A stretch of 46,756 nt of DNA from Rhodobacter sp. Lineage in GTDB: Bacteria > Pseudomonadota > Alphaproteobacteria > Rhodobacterales > Rhodobacteraceae. Positions 1 to 9,282 of the stretch are shown piece after piece (the first letter of the stretch is position 1; every line of letters begins with the position of its first letter). A model generated the notes under the pieces. That model did not search any database and was not told where the DNA came from. It saw only the letters and a list, made by a program, of their open reading frames with translations. Location of the stretch: positions 1 through 46,756 of the forward strand of contig PNNE01000460.1 in assembly GCA_013824055.1 (NCBI GenBank), written 5' to 3'. Position numbers and translations under genes: made by a program.

Positions 1-358
1 AGGAACTCCTTCCGGCGCAGCCCCAACCAATGGTGGAACCAGGTCATCCCCAGCACTGCGCCCGCCTTGACCCAGGGCCAGACAAAGGACCAGTCCACCA
101 CCCCCGGAGTGAACACCAGCGCACCCCGAAGACCCAGGTCGCGACCATTGCCGGGTTCATGATCCCCCGCAGAAGCGTCCGCTCCATCGTCTGGAACATC
201 GAGTCTGTGGGGCTGCCGGTCTCGACCTGTTCGACGTGGTAGACGAAAAGCCGGGGCAGGTAGAAGATCCCGGCCATCCACGAGATCACCGACACCACAT
301 GCAGCGCCTTTGTCACCAGATACCAGTCGGCCAGGAAATCCGTGATCGTCTCAAGCAT
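1..358 (-). CDS. hemJ: Protoporphyrinogen IX oxidase HemJ (runs off the left edge; 1-nt frameshift near 121)
   Basis: KALHVVSVISWMAGIFYLPRLFVYH is the HemJ signature. After ...ATWVFGV the family-like sequence (ALVFTPGVVDWSFVWPWVKAGAVLGMTWFHHWLG) continues in another frame. Confidence 0.88.
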
Positions 359-359
359 C

Positions 360-770
360 TTGTCCACCCGGCCTGCGTTCTTCCTTCTTCTATAAAGAAA
401 GAATTAAAGAAGGAATGTTGATGATGTAGGGCCTGTGCAGAACTGGATTGTCCCACCCGCCCCCAGACCCATCCACAGGGAGGGTCCTGGGGGCAAGTCC
501 GGGAAAACATCGGCCCCTCGCGCCCATATCAATAATAATCGTTCAATATCAATATATTGAACATATGCTCCCCTGCAGATCATCCACAGGCTTGCGCAGT
601 CCGGACCCGATGCACAACCAGTTCTCCCGTCAGGCGTGACAAGACCGTGCACAGCGGGATATCTCTGGTCGGATCGCCGCGGCGCAGCCCTGATACCCAC
701 AGCACGCCGCGACGACCCGGCTTCACCGCCAAAAGCGCCCAGGAACAAACCGCGGATATCCACAGCCCCC
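360..770. other. Candidate chromosomal replication origin (oriC-like region)
   Basis: Gap between divergent hemJ and maf. AT-rich tracts at ~380-425 and ~526-567. DnaA-box-like 9-mers TCATCCACA (580-588), ATATCCACA (756-764), CCATCCACA (469-477), ATACCCACA (693-701), TTGTCCACC (360-368). Alphaproteobacterial origins typically lie upstream of maf-aroE-coaE-dnaQ. Confidence 0.65.
547..559 (+). promoter_or_regulatory. IHF-binding consensus site
   Basis: TATCAATATATTG matches WATCAANNNNTTR exactly and has an AT-rich 5' flank. Confidence 0.6.
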
Positions 771-1358
771 ATGATCCTCGCTTCCACGTCTTCGACCCGC
801 CTTTCCCTGCTCCGCGCCGCCGGCCTGGACCCCACCCCCATCGCCCCCCGCGTGGATGAGGCGATGATCCGCGACGCCCTTGTCGCCGAGGGTGCCAGCC
901 CCCGCGACATCGCCGACGCCCTGGCCGAGATGAAGGCCCGCAAGGTCGCCGAGAAGCACCCGACCGATCTGGTGCTTGGCTGCGACCAGGTCCTGGCGCT
1001 GGATCGCCAGACCTTCGCCAAACCGGATACCCCGGACGACGCGCGCGCCCAGCTTCGCGCCCTGCGGGGCAAGACCCACAAGCTGCTCTCTGCCGTTGTC
1101 GTCTATGAAAACGCCGAACCTGTCTGGCGCTTTGTCGGTGAGGCCCGCCTGACCATGCACCCGTTTTCCGACGCCTACCTCGACGCCTACCTTGACAGAA
1201 ACTGGGACAGCGTCCGCCACTCCGTCGGCTGCTACAAGGTCGAGGAGGAAGGCGTCCGCCTGTTCTCGGCCATCACCGGCGACCATTTCACCATTCTCGG
1301 CCTACCGCTTTTGCCGCTGTTGGCATGGCTTGGGAACCGGGGCATGATCGCCACATGA
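771..1358 (+). CDS. maf: Maf-family nucleoside triphosphate pyrophosphatase
   Basis: [28 protein letters not shown] and GCYKVE motifs. ATG at 771 chosen over the ORF-track start. Confidence 0.92.
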   Translation: MILASTSSTRLSLLRAAGLDPTPIAPRVDEAMIRDALVAEGASPRDIADALAEMKARKVAEKHPTDLVLGCDQVLALDRQTFAKPDTPDDARAQLRALRGKTHKLLSAVVVYENAEPVWRFVGEARLTMHPFSDAYLDAYLDRNWDSVRHSVGCYKVEEEGVRLFSAITGDHFTILGLPLLPLLAWLGNRGMIAT

Positions 1359-2194
1359 CCGACCACCCCCGCATCCCGCTTGCCGCCGTTCTGGGCCACC
1401 CCATCGCCCACAGTCGCAGCCCGGCGTTGCACAACTACTGGTTGAAACGCTACGGTATCAAGGGCCACTACATCCCGATCGACATCGCGCCCGTCGATCT
1501 GCCCCGGCTTCTGCGGACCCTGCCCGAACTGGGTTTCGTCGGCTGCAACGTCACCATTCCGCACAAGGAAGCCATCCTTCAGATCGCCGATGTGGTCACC
1601 GACCGCGCCGCGCTGATCGGGGCGGCCAACACGCTGATCTTCCGCAAGGACGGCAAGGTCCACGCCGACAACACCGATGGGTCCGGCTTCATCGCCAATC
1701 TGCGCCAGAACGCCCCGCATTGGGCGCCCGGCTCTGGCCCCGCCGTCGTGCTGGGGGCCGGAGGTGCGGCCCGCGCTGTCGTTGCCGCCCTGATCGAGGT
1801 GGGCGTCCCCGAGATCCGCCTGGCGAACCGCACCCGCGCCCGGGCCGATACGATCCGCTCGGATTTCGGCGCGAAGATTCACGTTCATGACTGGGTGCAG
1901 GTCGGCAATCTTCTGGACGATGCGGCGACAGTGATCAACACCACCTCGCTTGGCATGACCGGCAAGGCCGATTTCCGCATCGACCTTGACCGGCTGAACC
2001 CGAAGGCGCTGTGCAACGATCTGGTCTACACCCCGCTCAAGACCCAGTTCCTGATCGAGGCCGAAGCGCGCGGCGCCACCGTGGTCGACGGCCTTGGCAT
2101 GCTGCTGCACCAGGCCGCTCCGGGTTTCGAACGCTGGTTCGGCCAGCGCCCCGAGGTTGACGAGGCCACCCGCAAGGCCGTGCTGGCGGCATGA
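1355..2194 (+). CDS. aroE: Shikimate dehydrogenase
   Basis: [42 protein letters not shown] and [10 protein letters not shown] motifs. ATGA overlap with maf. Confidence 0.96.
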   Translation: MTDHPRIPLAAVLGHPIAHSRSPALHNYWLKRYGIKGHYIPIDIAPVDLPRLLRTLPELGFVGCNVTIPHKEAILQIADVVTDRAALIGAANTLIFRKDGKVHADNTDGSGFIANLRQNAPHWAPGSGPAVVLGAGGAARAVVAALIEVGVPEIRLANRTRARADTIRSDFGAKIHVHDWVQVGNLLDDAATVINTTSLGMTGKADFRIDLDRLNPKALCNDLVYTPLKTQFLIEAEARGATVVDGLGMLLHQAAPGFERWFGQRPEVDEATRKAVLAA

Positions 2195-2787
2195 GCTTCA
2201 TCCTCGGCCTCACCGGGTCCATCGGCATGGGCAAATCGACCACGGCGCAGATGTTCGCCGATGCGGGCTTGCCGGTCTGGGACGCCGACGCCACCGTCCA
2301 CCGCCTGTACCAACCCGGCCAGGCTGCCGCCCTGGCCATTGGCGCGCTTTTTCCCACTGCCATCGACGCGGATGGCAGCGTGAACCGCGCCACCCTTCGT
2401 ACGCTGATCCAGGGCGATTCCACGGTGCTTGACCGGTTGAATGCCGCCGTCCATCCGCTGGTCGCGGCCGACCGTGCCGCCTTTCTTGCCGCCAATGAAG
2501 CGGCCGGGATTGTCTTGCTCGACGTGCCCCTGCTGTACGAAACCGGCCTCGACACCGCTTGCGATGCCGTCGCCGTCGTCTCGGCCCCTGCCGAGGTCCA
2601 GCGCGACCGTGTCCTTGCCCGGGGCGCGATGACCGAGGCCGAGTTCCAGACCATCCTTGCCCGCCAGCTGCCCGACGCCGAAAAGCGCAGACGGGCGACC
2701 TACATCATCCCCACAACCAGCCTTGAAGCCGCCCGTAGGTCCGTGAAAGATGTGCTGGCAGACATCCGGCGGACCCAAGATGCGTGA
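2191..2787 (+). CDS. coaE: Dephospho-CoA kinase
   Basis: GLTGSIGMGKST P-loop, WDAD, VHPLV, DVPLLYE. Confidence 0.96.
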   Translation: MSFILGLTGSIGMGKSTTAQMFADAGLPVWDADATVHRLYQPGQAAALAIGALFPTAIDADGSVNRATLRTLIQGDSTVLDRLNAAVHPLVAADRAAFLAANEAAGIVLLDVPLLYETGLDTACDAVAVVSAPAEVQRDRVLARGAMTEAEFQTILARQLPDAEKRRRATYIIPTTSLEAARRSVKDVLADIRRTQDA

Positions 2788-3517
2788 AATCGTCCTCGAC
2801 ACCGAAACCACCGGGTTCGAGCCCGCCGAGGGCCACCGCATCGTCGAGATCGGCGCGGTCGAGCTGTTCAATCACCTGCCGACGGGGCGCACCTACCACC
2901 AGTACATCAACCCCGAACGCGGCATGCCCGTTGGCGCGTTCGAGGTGCACGGCATCGGCCACGACATCCTGGAAACCCCCGGCAAACCCGTTCCTGGCGG
3001 GGTGACGCTGCGCGACAAGCCGGTCTTTGCCCGGATCGGACAGGCATTCCTCGATTTCATCGGCGATGCACGGCTGGTGATCCACAATGCCGCCTTCGAC
3101 ATGAAATTCCTGAACTTCGAGCTGGAACGCAGCGGCCTGCCCGGCCTGCCGTTCTCGCGGGCGACCGACACGCTGATGATCGCACGGTCGAAATTCCCCG
3201 GCTCTCCCGCCTCGCTTGATGCGCTGTGCCGTCGCTTCGGCATCGACAACTCGATGCGGGAAAAGCACGGCGCGCTGCTGGACAGCGAAATCCTGGCCGA
3301 AGTCTATCTGGAGCTGATCGGCGGTCGTCAGCCTGACCTGGTGCTTGCCAGCGCTGCCCCCGCGCCGGCGCGCAATGCGTCGGGCGATGCGATCACCTGG
3401 CGCCCCCGCCCCCGGCCCGAGCCGCTTGCGCCCCGGATCACCGAGGAAGAGCTGGCCGCCCATGCGGCGATGGTTGGCAAGCTGGGGGATGCGGCGATCT
3501 GGAAGAAGGGCGCCTGA
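2780..3517 (+). CDS. dnaQ: DNA polymerase III epsilon subunit
   Basis: MREIVLDTETTG (ExoI), HNAAFD (ExoII), HGALLDSEILAEVY (ExoIII) and the C-terminal EELAAH motif. Confidence 0.97.
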   Translation: MREIVLDTETTGFEPAEGHRIVEIGAVELFNHLPTGRTYHQYINPERGMPVGAFEVHGIGHDILETPGKPVPGGVTLRDKPVFARIGQAFLDFIGDARLVIHNAAFDMKFLNFELERSGLPGLPFSRATDTLMIARSKFPGSPASLDALCRRFGIDNSMREKHGALLDSEILAEVYLELIGGRQPDLVLASAAPAPARNASGDAITWRPRPRPEPLAPRITEEELAAHAAMVGKLGDAAIWKKGA

Positions 3518-3556
3518 CGTTCGACCGTCCGGGTCCTGCCGGTCCACCTTGCGTCC

Positions 3557-3580
3557 CCCTCTCCCCCAGGGGGGAGAGGG
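3557..3580. repeat. REP-like palindrome between convergent dnaQ and secB
   Basis: CCCTCTCCCCC-AG-GGGGGAGAGGG is a perfect 11-bp inverted repeat, related to the element at 19861. Confidence 0.7.
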
Positions 3581-3599
3581 CCATACGCGGGAAATCGCC

Positions 3600-4127
3600 T
3601 CAGTTGACCTGCGGTGCCGGTGCAGCCGAGGCCGCCTGTGCCTGTGCCCGACGCGCCAGCTCTTGCCGGTACAGCGCCATGAAATCGACCGTGTCGACGT
3701 TCAGCGGCGGGAAGCCGCCATCCCGCGTCACGTCCGAGATGATCCGGCGCACGAAGGGGAACAAGAGACGCGGGCATTCGATCAGCAGGAACGGATGGAT
3801 CTGCTCCTCCGCCACGCCTTCGATATGGAAGGTGCCGCCGTATTCCAGCTCCAGCAGGAACAGCACGTCGCCGTTCACCTTGTTCTTCGATGACACCTTG
3901 AACTTGGTGATCACCTCGTACTGGTTCGCCACCGGGCGCTTGCGGGCGTCGAGGCTGACCGCGACCTGGATGTCCGGCTGGACCTCGCCCGCGGTCAGCC
4001 CCTTCTGGACCACCACGTTCTCGAACGACAGGTCGCGTACATACTGCGCCAGGACCTGCATCTTGACTTGCGGCGGGGTGGCGGCTGTGGCTGCGGTGCC
4101 ATTCCCGACCGGGGTTTCTTCTGCCAT
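3600..4127 (-). CDS. secB: Protein-export chaperone SecB
   Basis: QYVRDLSFEN, LLIECPRLLFPFVRRIISDVTRDGGFPPL, VDFMALY. Confidence 0.97.
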   Translation of the reverse strand: MAEETPVGNGTAATAATPPQVKMQVLAQYVRDLSFENVVVQKGLTAGEVQPDIQVAVSLDARKRPVANQYEVITKFKVSSKNKVNGDVLFLLELEYGGTFHIEGVAEEQIHPFLLIECPRLLFPFVRRIISDVTRDGGFPPLNVDTVDFMALYRQELARRAQAQAASAAPAPQVN

Positions 4128-4310
4128 ATCCGGATCTCCTCAGCGGATTTGCCGCTTTCCTATCAGGTCAGGCAGCGGCTCTCAATGCCGCGGTTCGGTT
4201 GGATGGAAAAGGCCGAACCGAAGCCCGGCCAATCCCTTGACTGTCCAGGACTCACCGCCCGCAAGCCGCTGAGTCCACCTGGTCCGCAGGACTGTCCACG
4301 CAGGACAGCC

Positions 4311-5312
4311 TTACAGAACCTCGCTCATCCGCACGACCCGGCCCTCGGCAACCGACTTCAGCGCCGCCTCGGCCAGCGCCAGCGCCAGCAGCCCGTCCTC
4401 GCCCGAGGGCGATGCCTTGGCCTTGCCCCCCATCGCGTCGATGAAGGCCGCGATCTCGGCCGCATAGGCCTCGGTATAGCGGGTCATGAAGAAGTCATGC
4501 AGCGGCGGCCGGGTATAGCCCGCCCCCGTCGCGATCTCGATGGACACCGGCCGCTGGTTCTCGGCCGCGACCGACCCTGCCGACCCGTGCACCTCGATCC
4601 GCTGATCGTAGCCATAGGTCGCCCGGCGCGAGTTCGAGATCACCGCCAGCTTCCCCGTGGCCGTCTTCAGCATCACCTGAACGGAATCGCTGTCCCCCGC
4701 CGTTCCGATCGCCGGGTCCACCAGAACCGCCGCCATTGCCGAGACCTCCGACACTTCCTCGCCCAGCAGGAAGCGCGCCATGTCGAAGTCATGGATCGTC
4801 ATGTCCCGGAAAATCCCGCCCGACCGCTTGATGTAATCCACCGGAGGTGCCCCCGGATCGCGGCTGGTGATCGTCACCATCTCGACCGTCCCGATGGTGC
4901 CCTTGTCGATCTCGCCCCGCACCGCCATGAAATGCGGATCGAAGCGGCGGTTGAAGCCGACCATCAGTGTGCCCTTGCTGGCGCGAACAACCTCCAGGCA
5001 CTGCTTGACCCGAGCCAGCGACAGGTCGATGGGCTTTTCGCAGAACACCGCCTTTCCGGCGCGCACGAACTGCTCGATCAGGTCGGCATGGGTGTCGGTC
5101 GGCGTGCAGATCACCACGGCGTCGATGTCCTTGGCCGCCGCAATCGCATCGATCGAACGCACGTCGCAGCCATACTGGTCCGCAATCGCCTGCGCCGCCG
5201 GAGCCATCGCGTCCGACACCGCCACCAACCGTGCGCCGGGGTTCCCGGATACCGCCTTCGCATGAACCTTCCCGATGCGCCCCGCACCCAGAAGCCCGAA
5301 CCTGATCGTCAT
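4311..5312 (-). CDS. iolG: Inositol 2-dehydrogenase (Gfo/Idh/MocA family)
   Basis: GAGRIG, CEKP, VGFNRRFDP, ITSRDP, SGGIFRDMTIHDFD, YGYDQRIEVHG. Confidence 0.92.
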   Translation of the reverse strand: MTIRFGLLGAGRIGKVHAKAVSGNPGARLVAVSDAMAPAAQAIADQYGCDVRSIDAIAAAKDIDAVVICTPTDTHADLIEQFVRAGKAVFCEKPIDLSLARVKQCLEVVRASKGTLMVGFNRRFDPHFMAVRGEIDKGTIGTVEMVTITSRDPGAPPVDYIKRSGGIFRDMTIHDFDMARFLLGEEVSEVSAMAAVLVDPAIGTAGDSDSVQVMLKTATGKLAVISNSRRATYGYDQRIEVHGSAGSVAAENQRPVSIEIATGAGYTRPPLHDFFMTRYTEAYAAEIAAFIDAMGGKAKASPSGEDGLLALALAEAALKSVAEGRVVRMSEVL

Positions 5313-5351
5313 GGTCTCTCCTTGCCCCGGGCTGACCCCGGCTTTCAAATG

Positions 5352-6119
5352 TCAGGCGTAGGCGGCGTCACTGCCGCCCTTTACCCCGGTGATATAGCTC
5401 ACGATGTCATTGCCGTCCGTCTCGTCCTTCCGCAAGGAGGCGACGATGCGGCCCCGGCGAAAAACCACGATCCGGTCGACCAGATCGAAGACCTGGCGCA
5501 GGTTGTGGCTGATCAGGATCATCGGGATGCCGCGGTCCTTCAGCCCCCGGATGATGTTTTCCACCTGAGCCGTCTCCTGCACGCCAAGCGCCGCCGTGGG
5601 TTCGTCCATGATGACAAGTTTCGAGGCAAAGGCCGCCGTCCGCGCGATGGCGACGCACTGCCGCTGCCCGCCCGACATGTTGGCGATCGGGTTGTCGACG
5701 TTGGGGATCTTGACCGCCGTGGTCGCCAGGGCCTCCAGCGTCCGCTCGCGCATCGTCTTGCGGTCCAGCCAGGAGAACGGCCCCAGCTTGAACTTGAACA
5801 GCTCGCGCCCGAGGAACAGGTTCGACGGCACGTCCAGATCGTCGGCCAGGGCCAGAGTCTGGAACACCGTCTCGATCCCGGCCTGCCGCGCCTCCAGCGG
5901 ACCGGCAAACTGAACCGGCTGGCCGTCGAAGATGACCTCTCCGCCGGTTCGTTGCTCCACCGCCGTCACCTGACGGACGAAGGTCGACTTCCCCGCCCCG
6001 TTGTCGCCCACCACGGCGACATGCTCGCCGTCATGCAGGATGAAATTCGCGTCTTCCAGCGCGTGCACGCCGCCGTAGTGCTTGGTCAGGCCACGGGTTT
6101 CCAGAATGATCCTGCTCAT
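5352..6119 (-). CDS. Sugar ABC transporter ATP-binding protein (single domain)
   Basis: Walker A GDNGAGKST, signature MSGGQRQ, Walker B IMDEPT, ISHN. Confidence 0.92.
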   Translation of the reverse strand: MSRIILETRGLTKHYGGVHALEDANFILHDGEHVAVVGDNGAGKSTFVRQVTAVEQRTGGEVIFDGQPVQFAGPLEARQAGIETVFQTLALADDLDVPSNLFLGRELFKFKLGPFSWLDRKTMRERTLEALATTAVKIPNVDNPIANMSGGQRQCVAIARTAAFASKLVIMDEPTAALGVQETAQVENIIRGLKDRGIPMILISHNLRQVFDLVDRIVVFRRGRIVASLRKDETDGNDIVSYITGVKGGSDAAYA

Positions 6120-6124
6120 CGGCC

Positions 6125-7237
6125 TTACCCCCGGGTCCGCTTGCGTTGCCGCCACTGGTCCAGCACCACCGCGCCGACAATGATCGCGCCCTTGACCATC
6201 TCCTGATAGTAGGCGTCCAGCCTGATCGAGGTGAAGCCCGAGATGATCACCGAAAAGATCGCAGCACCCAGAACTGTCCCCAGGATCGACCCCCGGCCCC
6301 CTGCAAGGCTGACGCCCCCGATCACCGCCATTGCAATGGCGTCAAGCTCGTACATCACCCCCATCCCGGCCTGAGCGGTCAGGTTCTTCGAGGTCAGCAG
6401 CACCGCCGCCACCGCCGCCAGCAGCCCGGCGATGGCATAGACCAGCACCTTGTGGCGGTCGGTGTTGATCCCCGACATCCGCGCCGCCGCTTCGTTGGAC
6501 CCGATGGCATAGCTGCGCTTGCCGTAAAGTGTGTAGGTCATGATGACGTGAAACAGGACCGCCAGCAGCACGAAGACCACGGCGGGGTTCTGGCCGGGCC
6601 AGGACAGAAGGCCGAAGGTCATGCCGCCCAAGAGGTCGCCATTGGCAAGTGAGCCATAGTCAGCCGTCGGAAAGCTGACCGGCTGACCGTTCGACCACCA
6701 GCGCGCCACGCCGCGGGCGCTGACCATCATCCCCAGCGTGGCGATGAAGGGCGGTATCCTGGTGTAGGCGACCAGCAAACCATTGATAAGTCCGGCAAGC
6801 AGGCCACAGGCCAGCCCGATGACAATGGGCACGATCACCGGCAGGTCCATCGCCCAGTCGCCGAAGATCGCCTTGGGGTTCGGATTGCCGTTGACCGTTG
6901 CGGTCTGGGCAAAGCTCATCGCAACCATCGCGGTGGCGCCCACCACCGAGCCGGACGACAGGTCGATGCCGCCGATGATGATGACCTGCGTCACCCCCAG
7001 CGCGATGATGCCGATGATCGCGACCTGCAGGATCATGATGTCCAGCCGCTGCTGGTTGAAGATCGCATCGACGTTGTCGCGCATGTTGAACAGGAAGGAC
7101 CCGCCCTGCATGCGGTTCAGGATCTCGAAGATCAGGACGATCAGGACCAGGGCTCCGAACACGTTCCACTCCGGCGCGCGGGTGCGCTTTGCGGGGTCGT
7201 ATTTCAGGCCGCCAAGGCCATGCGTTGCTTCTGCCAC
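6125..7237 (-). CDS. Sugar (inositol) ABC transporter permease
   Basis: GGIDLSSGS, IPPFIATLG, AIGSNEAAARMSG, ELDAIAMAVIGG. GTG start after a GGAGGG RBS. Confidence 0.92.
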   Translation of the reverse strand: MAEATHGLGGLKYDPAKRTRAPEWNVFGALVLIVLIFEILNRMQGGSFLFNMRDNVDAIFNQQRLDIMILQVAIIGIIALGVTQVIIIGGIDLSSGSVVGATAMVAMSFAQTATVNGNPNPKAIFGDWAMDLPVIVPIVIGLACGLLAGLINGLLVAYTRIPPFIATLGMMVSARGVARWWSNGQPVSFPTADYGSLANGDLLGGMTFGLLSWPGQNPAVVFVLLAVLFHVIMTYTLYGKRSYAIGSNEAAARMSGINTDRHKVLVYAIAGLLAAVAAVLLTSKNLTAQAGMGVMYELDAIAMAVIGGVSLAGGRGSILGTVLGAAIFSVIISGFTSIRLDAYYQEMVKGAIIVGAVVLDQWRQRKRTRG

Positions 7238-7315
7238 GTCGCCCTCCCTCTCCAGGATGCAATAATCAAGACAGGGCGACCGCTGCCGGCCGCCCCGCAA
7301 CTGCCCGGAAGGGGC

Positions 7316-8257
7316 CTAGTTCTTCGTCAGGTAGTCAGCGATGTTCGCCGGGGTCACCAGTTCGAACGGGACAAAGACCTTCTGGTCGACCGCTTCGCCC
7401 GCGGCCAGCCTGACTGCCGCATCCAGCGCGCCGCCGCCCTGGGCCGCGGCATTCTGGAACACGGTGATGTCCAGCTCGCCCGCCTGCATCGAGGCCAGCG
7501 CGTCCTGCGTCGCATCGACGCCCGACACGATGACCGAGGCCATGTCGATGCCCGCGGCCTTCATCGCCTGGATCGCGCCGATCGCCATCTCGTCGTTGTT
7601 GGCAAGCAGACCGTCGAAAGACGTGCCCGTCGACAGCCAGTTGGTCATCAGCGTCTGGGCCTCGTCGCGCGACCAGTTCGCGGTCTGCTGGTCGATCACC
7701 GTGACCTGCACCGCACATTCGCCGGCCTCCATCACGTCGTAATAGTTCTGCGTGCGCTGCACCGCGGCCTGGTTCGACAGCTCGCCCTGCATCACATAGA
7801 CGCTGACCTCGGTCTTGCCGGCGGCGGCCCACTGGTTGCACTGCTCGATGAAGCCCTGGCGGGACGACTCGGATTCGTTCGAGGCAACGAAGGCCTGGTT
7901 GTCGGGCAGGGTGTCGACGTTGATCGGCTGGCGGTTCACATAGACCAGCGGCACGCCCGCAGCGGCAGCGGCATCCGACATCGCCTGCGTCGCCGAGGTG
8001 TCGACCGGGTTCACGATGATCGCATCGACGCCCGAGGCGATGAAGTTGTTGATCTGGTCCAGCTGCTTGGCGACGTCGTTCTGCGCGTCCTCGATCTGCA
8101 CCGACAGGCCGCGCGCATCGGCCTGCTCCTGGATGCCGTTGCGCAGCACGGTCAGGAAGTTGTCGTCGAACAGCGCCATCGACACGCCAATGCCTTCCGC
8201 CATGGCGGTGGTGCTCATCAGCGAGGCGAAGCCCGCAGCAAGAAGCGTCCTTTTCAT
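7316..8257 (-). CDS. Periplasmic inositol/rhizopine-type substrate-binding protein (MocB-like)
   Basis: Signal peptide, then IGVSMALFDDNFLTVLRNG, NPVDT, ANNDEMAIGA and TVFQNA, typical of rhizopine/inositol-binding PBP1 proteins. Confidence 0.85.
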   Translation of the reverse strand: MKRTLLAAGFASLMSTTAMAEGIGVSMALFDDNFLTVLRNGIQEQADARGLSVQIEDAQNDVAKQLDQINNFIASGVDAIIVNPVDTSATQAMSDAAAAAGVPLVYVNRQPINVDTLPDNQAFVASNESESSRQGFIEQCNQWAAAGKTEVSVYVMQGELSNQAAVQRTQNYYDVMEAGECAVQVTVIDQQTANWSRDEAQTLMTNWLSTGTSFDGLLANNDEMAIGAIQAMKAAGIDMASVIVSGVDATQDALASMQAGELDITVFQNAAAQGGGALDAAVRLAAGEAVDQKVFVPFELVTPANIADYLTKN

Positions 8258-8331
8258 CTCTCTCTCCCTTGTCGGATGTCCGGCGGCATCCTGAAGTGTA
8301 CCGGAGGGACCCGTTCCTTCCGGGTCGGATA

Positions 8332-9150
8332 TCAGGCCGCGCGCGCCGCGAGGCCGGATCTGACGAGCTCGAACGACTTCGCCAGTTCGGCGGCCGGATC
8401 GGGATGGGCGTGAACCTCGGGCGAGAACGCCTCATAGCTGACCGGACCGTTCCACCCCGCCGCCTGCAAGGCCGCGATCTGTTCCAGGTTGCCCAGACGG
8501 TCGCCTGGCACCACCAGCACCCGGTGCGCGTCGCGCATCTCGCTGATGCCGACCTCCTGGTCGACCACGCCCGAGACGTGGACGATCCCGGTATGGTCCG
8601 GGAACAGCGGGCCGCCGTGGGCCAGCGTGTGGTGGAAGGTGTCGTGGACCAGCTTGAAGCGTCCCGCGCCGCCAACGGCCTCGATCCCCTCGACCGCTTC
8701 CGACTTGGTGCGCAGCGCGCAGATCTCGAAGCCCAAGGGTTCGACCATGCCGATCAGGTCGTGATCCTCCAGCATCGGCTTCAGCGCCCGCAGGGCAACG
8801 CGCAGGTTCGCCTGCCGCTCGCCGTTGCCCATGCCCTGGTTGTCGTTGCGGGGGATCAGGCTGACCGCCTCGGCCCCGGCAGCTTTGGCGATCCGCATCA
8901 GCGCCCGCGCCTCGGCGGCCTTGTCTTCGGACCAGTCGTTGAAACGCTTGACCTCGGCGACCGCCAGCAGGCGCAACCCGTTGTCACGGACGAAAGCCCC
9001 AGCCTCGGCCGGGTCCATCCCGTCGAACAGCGGCCGCGGCAGGTCGTTGCGCACCTCGATCCCGACGCAGCCCAGCGCCCTGGACAGCGCCACAAGCTCG
9101 CGGAAGGAAAGCCGGGCGACGGTCATGTGGTTCAAGGCGAAGCGGATCAT
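8332..9150 (-). CDS. Sugar phosphate isomerase/epimerase TIM-barrel protein (IolI/MocC-like)
   Basis: FALNHMT, GIEVRNDL, VEPLGF, DTFHH, HVSGV, DAHRVLV and SYEAFS metal-binding motifs; inositol context. Confidence 0.8.
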   Translation of the reverse strand: MIRFALNHMTVARLSFRELVALSRALGCVGIEVRNDLPRPLFDGMDPAEAGAFVRDNGLRLLAVAEVKRFNDWSEDKAAEARALMRIAKAAGAEAVSLIPRNDNQGMGNGERQANLRVALRALKPMLEDHDLIGMVEPLGFEICALRTKSEAVEGIEAVGGAGRFKLVHDTFHHTLAHGGPLFPDHTGIVHVSGVVDQEVGISEMRDAHRVLVVPGDRLGNLEQIAALQAAGWNGPVSYEAFSPEVHAHPDPAAELAKSFELVRSGLAARAA

Positions 9151-9243
9151 TCCCGGCCTCCCAACCGTGGCGGTTTCTCGGGGCGGACCATCCCCGAGAC
9201 TCTCCCATCGCGTCAATCCGTCGCGGGACGTTCCCGTCATTCC

Positions 9244-9282
9244 TGACGAAAGCACAGGCAATCCGATGATTGCTTTTCGTCA
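9244..9282. promoter_or_regulatory. Candidate LacI-type operator / inverted repeat upstream of the inositol operon
   Basis: TGACGAAA at 9244-9251 and TGACGAAAAGCAATCA on the minus strand at 9267-9282. The same motif recurs at 10317 and 10359. Confidence 0.5.

Noticed and set aside
636-770. N-terminal extension of Maf in the ORF track
   Set aside because: Not Maf-like and overlaps DnaA-box-like motifs; ATG at 771 gives a normal-length protein.
2955-3015. Short insertion in DnaQ (HDILETPGKPVPGGVTL) as an intein or mobile insert
   Set aside because: Only about a dozen residues with no splicing motifs; likely a lineage-specific loop.
4068-6206. 712-aa plus-strand ORF (and similar long ORFs 13193-15901, 31811-34306, 36221-38431, 42769-44631)
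   Set aside because: Antisense shadows of well-supported genes. They have no family motifs, and long stop-free reverse frames are expected at this GC content.
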